64,000 nt of DNA from Alphaproteobacteria bacterium (lineage in GTDB: Bacteria; Pseudomonadota; Alphaproteobacteria; UBA828): contig CBDCQT010000010.1 in the NCBI GenBank assembly GCA_965220745.1, positions 1 through 64,000 on the forward strand. The letters run 5' to 3'. The position numbers and the translations under genes were made by a program. The notes below the pieces were generated by a model that saw only the letters and a program-made list of their open reading frames with translations, made no database searches and was not told the DNA's origin. Numbering within the stretch: position 1 is the stretch's first letter; the number at the start of each line of letters is the position of its first letter. Shown here piece by piece: positions 39,689 to 49,476 of this stretch.

Positions 39689-40831
39689 TTAGATTTTGGC
39701 GAAGGGGATTTGGAGTTGGTCATGGGTTTGTGGCTCATCGGGCGGCGGTTCGAAGAGGTCGGTGAGCGCCCGGCGCTGGAAGGTCGTCTTGGCGACGAGG
39801 CGGGCGATGGCCTGGAGGCCGAGCCGGGTTCCGGTTCCGATCTGCGCCAGCCGCAGCAGCAGGTAGGCGATCAGCGCGGTGACGATCTGGATGCGCACGG
39901 CATTCTCGCTGGTGCCGAGGAAGTGCCGGATCTTCAGGTTCTGCTTGATCCACTTGAAGAACAGCTCGACCTGCCAGCGCCGCTTGTAGAGCGCCGCGAT
40001 CTCTTCGGCTGGGGCATTGAGGTCGTTGCTGACCAGCATGATCTCCCTGCCGCTGTCGATGCGCACGGTGACCAGACGCACCGGCTTGTCGAAGGGGTTC
40101 TGGCGGCTCGCCGCCAGGCGCTTCGACAGCAAGGCGACGCGGTCGGCCACGACCGGGCCGTCCGGCTTGACCGGGCGGGTCTCGATCAGGCTTGTGGGCG
40201 AGTTCTTCTTCAGCCGGGTGACGAAGCGGCTCCCCTTGGCGTCGATGTCTGCCCAGAAGGCGAAGTCGTAATAGCCCTTGTCGAAGACGTAAGTCGCGCC
40301 GGGCTCGATGGGGAGGCGCTTGGCCGGCGTGATGTCGTTGACCCTGGCCGAGGTCACGGCAAAGCAAACGGGCGCATCTGCGTCCGGGTCGTAGACCACG
40401 TGCAGCTTGACGGCACCGTCGACCTCCCAGCTCTCGATCCGCTTGCCAACCAGGACCCGGGTCGCATCGACGAGGCGCAGCATCTCCCGCCCGCGCTGGC
40501 CCGCAGATGCGCCCAGCCGGGCGACCAGGGCCTCGAGTACGTCCTCGAACAGGGCCGCCGGACGTACCCGGTTGGCATCCGCGAGCGTAGACCGCCGCAC
40601 CGGCGCCAGACCCAGATGGGCATGGACGCCCGGAAAGCGTTCCAGCGCACCGACCGCCTCGCGCAACGAGCGCGAGCCCGACAGCTGGGCGAACACCATC
40701 GCCTGGAACTGGCTCCACGACGAAAGGCGCCGGACCCGGTAGTCCGCTCCGTGGCGCTCTGCCAGCTTGTCGAAGCGCCAGCGCGGAAACGCCTTCATCA
40801 GTCCGCCGAAAATCGTATCCTGGTAGGGCAT
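39689..40831 (-). CDS. IS4-family transposase
   Basis: RSTLADAN, VFDKGYYD and YKRRWQVELFFKWIKQNLKI motifs. Confidence 0.9.
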   Translation of the reverse strand: MPYQDTIFGGLMKAFPRWRFDKLAERHGADYRVRRLSSWSQFQAMVFAQLSGSRSLREAVGALERFPGVHAHLGLAPVRRSTLADANRVRPAALFEDVLEALVARLGASAGQRGREMLRLVDATRVLVGKRIESWEVDGAVKLHVVYDPDADAPVCFAVTSARVNDITPAKRLPIEPGATYVFDKGYYDFAFWADIDAKGSRFVTRLKKNSPTSLIETRPVKPDGPVVADRVALLSKRLAASRQNPFDKPVRLVTVRIDSGREIMLVSNDLNAPAEEIAALYKRRWQVELFFKWIKQNLKIRHFLGTSENAVRIQIVTALIAYLLLRLAQIGTGTRLGLQAIARLVAKTTFQRRALTDLFEPPPDEPQTHDQLQIPFAKI

Positions 40832-40919
40832 GGCTTGGGCTCCATTGCGAGCTTCGATTCAACAGGTCTTGCAAAAACCAAGTTGAATCCAAGCCATGCA
40901 CCTTGTCTACCCAAGCTAA

Positions 40920-42535
40920 CCCGACTTATTCATGGAGAACCTTGCGGTTGAGGCTCGGTTATCGGGTCGCGTCGGGACCTGACGCGGTTTGGCGCCGGGA
41001 TCTGAGGATGATGGTCGTTATTGGGTTGAGGGTTGAACGAGCCTGGGTGATTGGGGCACGCCGCCCCGTCGCTCAGGGGCCTGCTGCGGCGAGACGGCCT
41101 GCGAGCAGGCGGAAGAGAGCGGCGTCCGGGCAGGCCGAGGCGAAGTGGATGCGGACGCGGGTGGCCTTCTCGATGACGCGGGCGCCGATCTTGAGGAGGC
41201 GCAGCCTCAGGGTTGCGAACTCTGCACGGGCGAGCGGCGCCGTGCGGGGAATGGCATCGCGGAGCGCGAGCATCAGCCAGTAGGCTGCAGTGTGCAGGAC
41301 CAGCCTGAGCTGGTTGGCGCGCGGGCTCTGGCAGGAGGTTCGGTCCGAGGCGAGCTGGCCCTTGTGCATCTTGATCAGGTTCTCGGCCTGGCCTCGGGCG
41401 CAGTAGATGTCTTCGTAGAGATGGCGGGGCTCGCCCTTGAGCGAGGTGACGATATAGCGCGCGTCGAAGCCGCGCGTCGTCGCCTCCAGCCGAGCCACGA
41501 CCCGGCGTTCGCGGCCCCAGGAGCCGGCGGCGTAGTCGAAGGCGGCGACGCTGCGCATCCTGTCCGCGCCGGCCTTGGCGCGGCGCACCCGGACGTCGTC
41601 GGCCACGTCGTATGCAAGCGCGTGCAGCGCCCGATTGCCGGCGAGGCCGAAGATGTAGTCGACGCCGTTCTGCTCGCACCAGGCCATGGCTTGCGGGCGG
41701 CCGTAGTGCGCATCTCCCCGGAAGACGATCCGGGTGTGCGGCCAGTGGCGGCGGATGCGGCGGACCAGGTGCTTGATGAGAGTGCGGACCTCGGGCCCCG
41801 ACGGCGTCTTGCCCGGGCGCAGGAGGACCGCCACCGGCTTGCCGCTTTCCACATGGTAGACGTGGACGGGCAGGAAGCAGCGGGTGTCGTAATGAGCGTT
41901 GAACAGCGACAGCTGCTGGTGCCCGTGCACGGCATCGCAGGTGTCGTCGATATCGAGCGTGATGGCGGCAGGTGGGGCTGAGAAGGAGCGGCAGAAGAGA
42001 TCGACCAGGGCGGCCGTCATGCGCGCCACCTCGATGCGAGACGGCGCGTTCTCCAGGCGGCTCATGGTGGGCTGGGAACAGAGGTCGCCCCCGCTCTCCG
42101 GCGCCCGGCCTGAGGCCAGCTTGAACAGCGGGTCCGCGCGCAGCGCGTCGCAGTCGTCGGCATCCTCGTAACCGCAGGCGATGGCCAGCATGCGAAAGCG
42201 CAGCATGGCCGAGAGCGAGTGGACCACCTGCGCCTGATTGCGCCGGTCGCGGATACAGCCCGCCAGGGTCTCGGCGAGACGCAAGCGGCGTTCCGCCTCG
42301 CGCAACAGGACCAGGCCGCCGTCAGACGAGATCAGGCCGCCGTCGAAGGCGGCGCTCACCCTCTTGCGTTGGACGCTTGGCAGATCGAAGGGGAGAAGGC
42401 TATCGTCGGTCATGGCGGGCGTGGCTTTTTCGTTGTTCGGAGAGGAAGACGCCTCGACAACGAATTCCTACCCGATGGCAACGGCTTACGCTACGTCCGC
42501 CACCCCAAAATCAGACCCGCCACGAATAATCCGGG
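40920..42535 (-). mobile_element. IS1380-family element
   Basis: Imperfect 16-bp TIR CCCGACTTATTCATGG / (rc)CCCGGATTATTCGTGG; 4-bp TSD CTAA. Confidence 0.9.
41073..42413 (-). CDS. IS1380-family transposase
   Basis: FDGGLISSDGG, SQPTMSRLEN, LDIDDT and YCARGQAENLIK motifs. Confidence 0.9.
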   Translation of the reverse strand: MTDDSLLPFDLPSVQRKRVSAAFDGGLISSDGGLVLLREAERRLRLAETLAGCIRDRRNQAQVVHSLSAMLRFRMLAIACGYEDADDCDALRADPLFKLASGRAPESGGDLCSQPTMSRLENAPSRIEVARMTAALVDLFCRSFSAPPAAITLDIDDTCDAVHGHQQLSLFNAHYDTRCFLPVHVYHVESGKPVAVLLRPGKTPSGPEVRTLIKHLVRRIRRHWPHTRIVFRGDAHYGRPQAMAWCEQNGVDYIFGLAGNRALHALAYDVADDVRVRRAKAGADRMRSVAAFDYAAGSWGRERRVVARLEATTRGFDARYIVTSLKGEPRHLYEDIYCARGQAENLIKMHKGQLASDRTSCQSPRANQLRLVLHTAAYWLMLALRDAIPRTAPLARAEFATLRLRLLKIGARVIEKATRVRIHFASACPDAALFRLLAGRLAAAGP

Positions 42536-42553
42536 CTAAACCGGACAGCAATG

Positions 42554-42751
42554 GACTTGATCCGGGCATCTCTCTCTACAATACGCTGTAAAGAAACGAA
42601 AAACGTGGATGGCCGGGTCAAGCCCGGCCATGACGGGTGTGGGGGCGCTGCGCGCTTGAGTGGCAACGTCTCGAACGAGACTCGCGCCCGCACCGCGCCC
42701 TTTTTGGTCATGCCCGGACATGACCGGCCCCCGGATCAAGTCCGGGGGTGT
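42554..42751. repeat. Cluster of GTCATG(C/G)CCGG-type REP palindromes
   Basis: ...gacttgatccgggcatc; ggatggccgggtcaagcccggccatgac; gtcatgcccggacatgaccggcccccggatcaagtccggggg. Confidence 0.8.
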
Positions 42752-43158
42752 GGCAAGCCATGGGCAGGAGCGCCTGTCGATACGCTCCTCTACAGCGCTA
42801 CTCGATCCTCCTGATAATCAGTTTGATACAATGGGTTGGGCGCCGCGTCAAGAGCGCGTCTACCGAGCCTGGATGCTATAAGCTGCAAGCCAGCTTGGTT
42901 TTATCGCGGCATCTGGGGTTCTTTTCGGGCGTGTCTTGGCACGTAGCGCGAAGTTACTACCGCTTCGCCGATGGCACGTGAAAGCTTCGTTATAGGCACT
43001 ACAACATATGTACAATATACGCCTGTGTGCTACGCGGCGCATAGGAGTTCCGTAGGTAGCTTATGGATTCTGATGGAGCGCGTTGCGCGCGCAGCGCTTC
43101 GAATTTGTATCGGTGCCGAAGGATCGCAGAGCGGCAGGAACCACGGGAGGCGGTGGGC

Positions 43159-43482
43159 ATGAGCGGGGCAGAGGGGCGCAAGCGACAGCGCGCCGTGATG
43201 GCGACCGACAGCGACTGGCAGACGGTGCGGGAGCGGGCGGACGCGGCGGGCATGGACGTCTCGCGCTTCATCGTCGAACGGCTGACTGCGCCGGCTGCGG
43301 TGCCGGAAGACGGGGTGGCGACGAGGGAGCTTGCCGGGGCGGTGGCGCGGATCGAGAGGGCGGTGCGGGTGCTCTACGAGGTCGAGAGGCAGCGCGTCGA
43401 GGACGGTGCGGGAGCGGAGACGTGGGAGCTTCTGGTGCGCCGTGCCGGGGCACGGGTCGATGCCGAGGAGGCGCTGGGATGA
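43159..43482 (+). CDS. Ribbon-helix-helix (MobC/CopG-like) protein 1
   Basis: ATDSDWQTVRERADAAGMDVSRFIV. Confidence 0.65.
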   Translation: MSGAEGRKRQRAVMATDSDWQTVRERADAAGMDVSRFIVERLTAPAAVPEDGVATRELAGAVARIERAVRVLYEVERQRVEDGAGAETWELLVRRAGARVDAEEALG

Positions 43483-43841
43483 CGGCGGACGAGGCGACGG
43501 GGGCGCGGCGCAGGTCGCACCAGCACACCATCTACTGCTCGGCGGAAGACCGCGTGCTGATCGGCCGGCGGGCCGAAGAAGCGGGGATGAGTTTTTCAGG
43601 CTTCATGGTCGCGTGCGCGCTTCATGGCGGGGACGAGGACGACGGAGTGGAGGGGCCGCGCCTGGTGCTGAGCGAGGACGAGCAGCGGATCCTCTACGAG
43701 CGGGTGGCGCTCCTGGACCGCTGCAACGAAGCGCTGCTGGCACGGCTGCCGGGGACGGAGATGTCGGCGCTTGGCGCATTGGCCTTCCTGGTCCGGGAGG
43801 CGGGCGGCGAACCGGGCGACGGCGGCGGGGACGACGGATGA
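43479..43841 (+). CDS. Ribbon-helix-helix protein 2
   Basis: TIYCSAEDRVLIGRRAEEAGMSFSGFMV; ATGA overlap. Confidence 0.65.
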   Translation: MTADEATGARRRSHQHTIYCSAEDRVLIGRRAEEAGMSFSGFMVACALHGGDEDDGVEGPRLVLSEDEQRILYERVALLDRCNEALLARLPGTEMSALGALAFLVREAGGEPGDGGGDDG

Positions 43842-44281
43842 GACGCAAGCGCCGGCCGCCGGCGAAGGTCCATTCGATCTCGTGCACCGACGCCGAGTGG
43901 GAGCGGGTGCGGGTGCTGGCCGAGCGTCGGGGACTGTCGATCTCGCGCTACATGGTCGAGTGCGGGCTCACCGTGGACCCGACGACGGAAGCGCCGAAGC
44001 CGCCCCGCCTCGTGCTGGACGAGGCGGAGCAGCGGCGCCTGCTCGACGGCGTGACCGGGATCGCCGCGCGCACGGCGGCGGAAGCGGAGGAAGAAGTGCT
44101 GACGCGCATCCGCAACGCTCTCGCTTTCCTGGTGGAAGCGAGGATGCGCGAGATGGTGCGCGACGCCCGCGAGTACGAGCTGAAAGCGCTCCTTACCGAT
44201 CTGTTCGGGGAGCGCGCGGCGGCGGCAACCGTGCAGCGTCTCACCACGCGCATGGATACGGAGGCCCTCGACTCGCCGTAG
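43838..44281 (+). CDS. Ribbon-helix-helix protein 3
   Basis: SISCTDAEWERVRVLAERRGLSISRYMV; ATGA overlap. Confidence 0.65.
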   Translation: MRRKRRPPAKVHSISCTDAEWERVRVLAERRGLSISRYMVECGLTVDPTTEAPKPPRLVLDEAEQRRLLDGVTGIAARTAAEAEEEVLTRIRNALAFLVEARMREMVRDAREYELKALLTDLFGERAAAATVQRLTTRMDTEALDSP

Positions 44282-44952
44282 CCGACATCCCGGTGGCGAT
44301 GACGAAGGAAACCGCCCTTCCGGCAGCCGGCACTCAGGGTCGTCTGCGCCTCGCTGCCTCTCACGTCAGGACGCGAAGTGCGGTCTCCGGTGCCTTGTCG
44401 AGCACCCGCAACAGAGCGCGCGCCGCCCCGGTCGGGCAGCGCTTCCCCTGCTCCCAGTTGCGGATCGTCTCGTGCGGCACGTCGATGCGCCGTGCCAGCT
44501 CGGTCTGCGAAAGCCCCAGCCGCCGCCGGACCCGGCGCGCGTATCGCGCCATGTCCTGCATGGCCTCTTCCTCGTCCTCCCGCTCCTGCGCCGCGATCTC
44601 CGCCTCGGTGGTGGCGTCCACCCTGGCGGGGTCGATCCTCCCCTCCGGCAGGGTGGAGGGATCGTCGGGATCGATCCTGACGCGCGTTGTGCTCATAATC
44701 CGCGATCTCCTTGCCATTGGCCTTGCGGGCCGAGATGATGCGAACGGCCGAACCCCGCACCGTGTAGACGACGACGTACACGCGCCCGTCAACCGCGCCG
44801 AGCAGCCGGTAGCGGTCCTCGCCATAGTCCCGCCGGCGATCTTGCGCGACGATCCGCTGCGGATCGAGGAAGGCGCGGACGGCATAGGCGAAGTCGAAGC
44901 CGCGACGCTCGAAACAGGCACTGTTCTTGGCCTCGTCCCATTCGAACTCCAT
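43948..44952 (-). CDS. brnT: BrnT-family toxin (domain ~44680-44952; expected stop absent, frame reads on)
   Basis: MEFEWDEAKN, RDYGEDR and RIISARKAN motifs. Confidence 0.75.
   Translation of the reverse strand: MEFEWDEAKNSACFERRGFDFAYAVRAFLDPQRIVAQDRRRDYGEDRYRLLGAVDGRVYVVVYTVRGSAVRIISARKANGKEIADYEHNARQDRSRRSLHPAGGEDRPRQGGRHHRGGDRGAGAGGRGRGHAGHGAIRAPGPAAAGAFADRAGTAHRRAARDDPQLGAGEALPDRGGARSVAGARQGTGDRTSRPDVRGSEAQTTLSAGCRKGGFLRHRHRDVGYGESRASVSMRVVRRCTVAAAARSPNRSVRSAFSSYSRASRTISRILASTRKARALRMRVSTSSSASAAVRAAIPVTPSSRRRCSASSSTRRGGFGASVVGSTVSPHSTM
44361..44696 (-). CDS. HTH (XRE/HigA-like) antitoxin
   Basis: RRRLGLSQTELA...TIRNWEQGKRCPTGAARALL. Confidence 0.85.
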   Translation of the reverse strand: MSTTRVRIDPDDPSTLPEGRIDPARVDATTEAEIAAQEREDEEEAMQDMARYARRVRRRLGLSQTELARRIDVPHETIRNWEQGKRCPTGAARALLRVLDKAPETALRVLT

Positions 44953-45031
44953 GCCGGCACCATAGGCCAATGGCCTACGCTTGTCGAACGTGCCGTCCTG
45001 CATGGCATGCCCGGTTGCCCGGCGGACCGGG

Positions 45032-48000
45032 CTACATGGAGAGACCGCCGCCGCGATCGCGGGTCTTGGCTTTCCGGCGCTCGCGCTCTTGTTGCTCCTG
45101 CTTTTCCCGCTCCTGCCTCTGCCGCTCCAGCTTCCGCTGTTCCTGTCTCTGCTGCTCCTGCTGCCGGCGGCGTTCGATCTCGGCGTCGTCCGCCTTGAGA
45201 TCGGATTCGATCTTCGCCGACAGCCGCTTGATCTCGTCCGCCGCGCCGGGGCGGCGGTCGAGATGCCTGCCGAAGGTCTCGGGGTCGTCGAGGATCCTGC
45301 GGCAGTCGGCCAGCACGCGCCGGGCGCCCTCGCGCCACGCGGCATAGCCGGGAGCCTGGGTGACGTGGGCGTCATGCGAGTGGGCTTCGCGGGCGCGCTC
45401 GTCCCGCTCCCGGAGCGAGGCCGCCGCCGCCGACAGGGTCCGGGCGACGAAGCGCTCCGCCGCCCTGCGCCGCTCCCTTGTCGCGTCGTCCAGGACCACG
45501 TCCCTGTCAGGCGGCGGGCGCCGTTCAGTGGTTTCGGCCGGGACCGGGGTCGAGACTTCGAACTGCTCGCCGATCGCCCTCAGTGCCGACAGCTCCTCGG
45601 CCGGCGCCGTCTCCAGCGCCTCGATCAGCGCCTCGCGGTCGTCGGTCAGCAGCACCACGTTGTCCCTGGCGCGCGTGAGCTCCACGTAGAACATCGCCTG
45701 GTCGGCCGGCGCGCGGTCCGTATCCAGCACCGCGATCACCCGGTCGCAGGTGAGGCCCTGGGCCGCGTGCACGGTGGAGGAGTATGCGTGGTCCAGGTGG
45801 TGCAGCTGCGGATCGTCGCGCGCCATGGCGATCTCGCGCCCGTCCTGCGTCCGTATGTGCACGTTCACCGGGCCGATGGACAGCACCTCCGCATGCTCGC
45901 CGTTGATCAGGCCGCGCGCGGCATCGTTGCGGGTCCAGCGCACCCGGTCGCCTGCCCTGAGCACCATCGGCCGGGTCTCGTAGAGGTCGAGCCGGTAGCG
46001 GATGTAGCCGGCGGGGTCGATCCGCCGCTCCCTGCCGTCGGGATGGGCCAGCAGCACGCGCCCGTCGTCCTGCGTCTCCAGCACGCGGCAGGCATCGCCG
46101 GCCCTGGCCTTGACGCCGTAGACGTCGTGATGGAAGACCGCGACGTCGCCCGGCCGGTAGTTCGCAACCTCGCCTTTCTGCGAGCGCGTCAGGTGCAGGT
46201 TGACGTAGCGCTCGATCTCCAGCGCGGGGCCGCGCAGCACGCCCTCGTCTTCCAGGCCGTGGCGGACGGCGTCGTTGATCTCGGCCTGAGCTCGTGCGTC
46301 GGCGCCAGGATCGCCGTGCCGGCGCGCAAGGACGGATCGAGGTCGAGCCAGAGCTGCGCCGCCTTCCTGCCGAGCTCGTCGCTCTCCGTCTCCAGGACGC
46401 CCTTGCCGAGCTCCTCCACCGCCATGCGCGGCTCGTCCGCCACCATGTGCAGTACCGCTGCCTTGAGGTCCGCGTCGCGCTGGCGCACCACCACGTCCAT
46501 CCGTGCCGTCGGCATGCCTGCGTCCTGCAGCAGGCCGAAGGGCTGGCCGGCCTCCACTGACCGCAACTGCCTCCGGTCGCCGATGAGCGCGAGGCGCTCC
46601 ACGCCAGTCTCGGCTGCGATCCGCGTCAATGCCCGCATCTGCACGGTGCCGACCATCGAGGCCTCGTCGAGGATCAGCACGGTGCCGCCCAGGGCCTTGC
46701 GCGCTTCCCCTGTCCTCTCCGGCGAGGCGATGCCGTCGCCCACGTCGCGGTAGCGCGTCAGGAACCCCTGCAGGGTGCGGGCCGGGATGTCGGCCTCGCC
46801 CGCGAGCACATGGACCGCGCTCGCAGACGGGGCCAGGCCGACGATCCGATGCTCCCCGGCCAGCTCTCTCACCGTGCGCAGCATGGTGGTCTTGCCGGAG
46901 CCCGCATGGCCCTGCACCCCCACCGTGCGGTGGGGCGAGAGCAGGATCGCGCGCACGGCATCACGCTGCCCCTCGTTCAGTCCGTCCGCGTCAAGCCTGG
47001 CCTCGACCGCAGCCGGCAGCGCCAGGCTGTGGCCCGCGTCCAGACCCGCGCGCATGCCGGCGACGATGTCGCGCTCGGCGTTGCGCGCCCGGTCGGTGAC
47101 GAAGGCCAGGTCGGCCCGCCTGGCCTTCGCCTCGATCAGGTGCCCGTCGCGCCGCAGCCGGGCGATCCCGGCGTCCAGCGCTTCGAGCGCGTGCCGGCCG
47201 CCCCCGTGCGCGAGCGCCCAGGCACGCAGGTCGTTGGCGGAGAACACGGTGCGCCGCTCCTCCAGGTGCTCCACGGCGCGCCGGACCACCGACAGCGCCG
47301 ACGGAGGCGCGCGCGCCTCGCTCCGGGAGAGCGCCGATGCGCCGGCCCCGTTGCGGCCCCTGGCGCGGTCACGGTCCCTTGCGTGTCCGATCTCCCGCGC
47401 CCTCTCCTGCCACGTCTCGTGCAGCACCCGCCGCTCCGGCTCGGCCTTGCGCTGCCGCGTGTAGAGCGCCGCCTGCCGTGTCCGTGCCGGGGTGTTCTCC
47501 CAGCCGCGGTCGGCCATGTAGTCCAGAAGCTCCCTACGCCGGGTCGAGAATGCGTCCAGCATGGGCCGCCGGTAGCCCGCGATCTCGAACCCCGGCATCC
47601 GCCCCACCAGGGTCGGCACCGTGGCGTAGCCGATGTCTTCGAGGCGGGTCCGGAGCTCGTTGCGGTAGTAGGCCCCGATCAGGAGCTTGGAGCGTTCCAC
47701 CGAGGTGAACTCGGCGCTGCGCCAGTCCCCGTCCCGGCCGCGCGTCATGTTGGCGATCACCGCATGGGTGTGGAGCTGCGGATCCAGGTTGCGGCTCGCC
47801 AGGTGACGGAAGGTCGCCGCCGCCATGCCGTCGGCCTGCACCCGCGGCCGCCGCCCCGTCTCCGGCTCGTAGCTCCGGGTCTGGAGAAGCTCGGTCTCGA
47901 TGAAGCCCAGGGTGGCGCGCACCGCCTCGTCGTGGGCCCGCACCACACGCGCTCCCGTCTTCGGTGGCGCATAGACCAGCGCCTCCAGCGAGACCGACTT

Positions 48001-48276
48001 GGGCGCCGAGAAGGTCACGTCCACGCCGGGCCGGTGCTGGTGCTCGCCGTCGCGCAGACGCCCGAGGCGAAGATCGGTGCCGGGCACGTAGCCCGCGAGG
48101 ACGGCTTCGAAGCGCTTCGGGTTCACCCGCCCCTGCAGGCCCAGCAATGCCGCCGCCTCGCCGTGCCAGCGACTGGCCTTGCGGTGCTCCGGGTCGTTCC
48201 TGGCGTAGTACCCGTCCACCTCGAAGTAGTGCACCGTCGTGGCGGCGGCCTTCAGGCGCGTGACGGTCGCGACCAT
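45032..48276 (-). pseudogene. mobF: MobF (TrwC/TraI-like) relaxase-helicase, frameshifted near 46285
   Basis: DGYY, DVTFSAPKSVS, DPQLHTHAV, GHAGSGKTT and HAYSSTVHAAQG; adding one base restores PTHELRAEINDAVR. Confidence 0.85.
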
Positions 48277-48282
48277 GGGCGC

Positions 48283-49182
48283 CTACGGCTCCACCGTGGG
48301 ATCGGAGTCGTCTTCCGGCGGCAATTCGGTCAGGTTCACGTTAGGAGGGAAGGGAATCGCCACTTCCCGCGTTGGATAGATGGTCACCGGGCACCCGATG
48401 GGCTTGTCTTCCAGCCGCGCCTTCGACGCGCAGGCGGCGAGCAGCGGCGCGAAGTGCTCCACGACGTGATCGTTCCACTCGCGGTGCGGATCGCCCAGGG
48501 ACATCACGTCGGCCTCCCCCTGCAGCACCGCGCCCAGAACGAAGAAGACGAAGGACGCGGCTCCGATGGCAAGACCTGTCAGCCAGGGGCGCCACCGCAG
48601 CCTCCCGGTCATGCGGGACATGGTCTCGGTGTGACCGCGCAGAGTGCTCTCCAGTGCCGTGGCGGCCTGCGTCAACTCCGCCATGCCCTGGGCGGCCACC
48701 TCCGCCTGCCGGGCGTTCGCCTGCGCCTGCTTGCCCGTGACACGGAGACGCTTGTCGAGCGCCTCGCCCTGCGCCTTCAGCGCGGCGGCGGCCTCGGCAA
48801 GCGCCCGCGCGTCGGCCGCCTCCCGCCCGTCCCGCCGCGCGGCAAGCTCCGCCGCCTTGTCGAGCGCACCCCGCGCGTCCTCGACCGCCTGCGTCAGCGC
48901 CGCCGTCTCGCGGGCCAGAGCCTCGGCCGTCTCGTGCTCCGGCCCCGGCGTCTCCTCGAGAGCGTCGATCCGGGCCGCCGTCGCGCGCACCGTCTCGAGG
49001 ATCTCCCGGATGGCGTCGTCGTGCGCACCGGGCTGCGGCGCTGTCGCCGCGGGCGGCGTTCCTGCCGCACCGGCACTCTGCCTGCCCTCCGCCCCTTCCG
49101 GCCGGCCCACCAGCAGGTCGCGGCCGTCAAAGCCTTCCTTGCTGGAATCAGAACTGCCGCGCCTCTCCTCCGCTGGCGCCAT
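48283..49182 (-). CDS. Coiled-coil, membrane-anchored mobilisation-associated protein
   Basis: Ala/Glu coiled coil plus a TM segment (WLTGLAIGAASFVFFVLGAVL); 6 bp upstream of the relaxase. Confidence 0.55.
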   Translation of the reverse strand: MAPAEERRGSSDSSKEGFDGRDLLVGRPEGAEGRQSAGAAGTPPAATAPQPGAHDDAIREILETVRATAARIDALEETPGPEHETAEALARETAALTQAVEDARGALDKAAELAARRDGREAADARALAEAAAALKAQGEALDKRLRVTGKQAQANARQAEVAAQGMAELTQAATALESTLRGHTETMSRMTGRLRWRPWLTGLAIGAASFVFFVLGAVLQGEADVMSLGDPHREWNDHVVEHFAPLLAACASKARLEDKPIGCPVTIYPTREVAIPFPPNVNLTELPPEDDSDPTVEP

Positions 49183-49308
49183 GGTCGCCTCCCTGCCCAA
49201 AACGCATTGTTCTTGGCAGGGCATATCGGAGCCGGCAGGCCGAATGGCAAGGCTAACGCGGAGTTGCTCACCTTCCTCCGCTTCAAACGACCATACACCG
49301 CCATATGC

Positions 49309-49338
49309 TTGACAAAGTTTGGTCTCCCCGCTGACACT
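49309..49338 (+). promoter_or_regulatory. Possible promoter for the six-gene operon
   Basis: Perfect TTGACA with a weak -10 (GACACT). Confidence 0.3.
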
Positions 49339-49476
49339 CGCGCGGCCTTGGGCGCCAAGCAACGCTGGGGCTGGAGTCGCGCACCCAACCGGGTCGCGTA
49401 CGATTTGGAGTCCCAAGCTGCCGTGGCTTCCGGTTTGGACCCACCACGCCACGACATCTAGCGACGTGAGACTATC

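Larger units (their letters stand above)
39675..42553 (-). mobile_element. IS4-family element inserted in a REP and carrying a nested IS1380
   Basis: Perfect 18-bp TIR CATTGCTGTCCGGTTTAG/CTAAACCGGACAGCAATG; 9-bp TSD GACTTGATC at 39666-39674 and 42554-42562. Confidence 0.9.

Noticed and set aside
42780-43150. oriT of the MobF element
   Set aside because: Plausible location, but no nic-site consensus recognisable by eye
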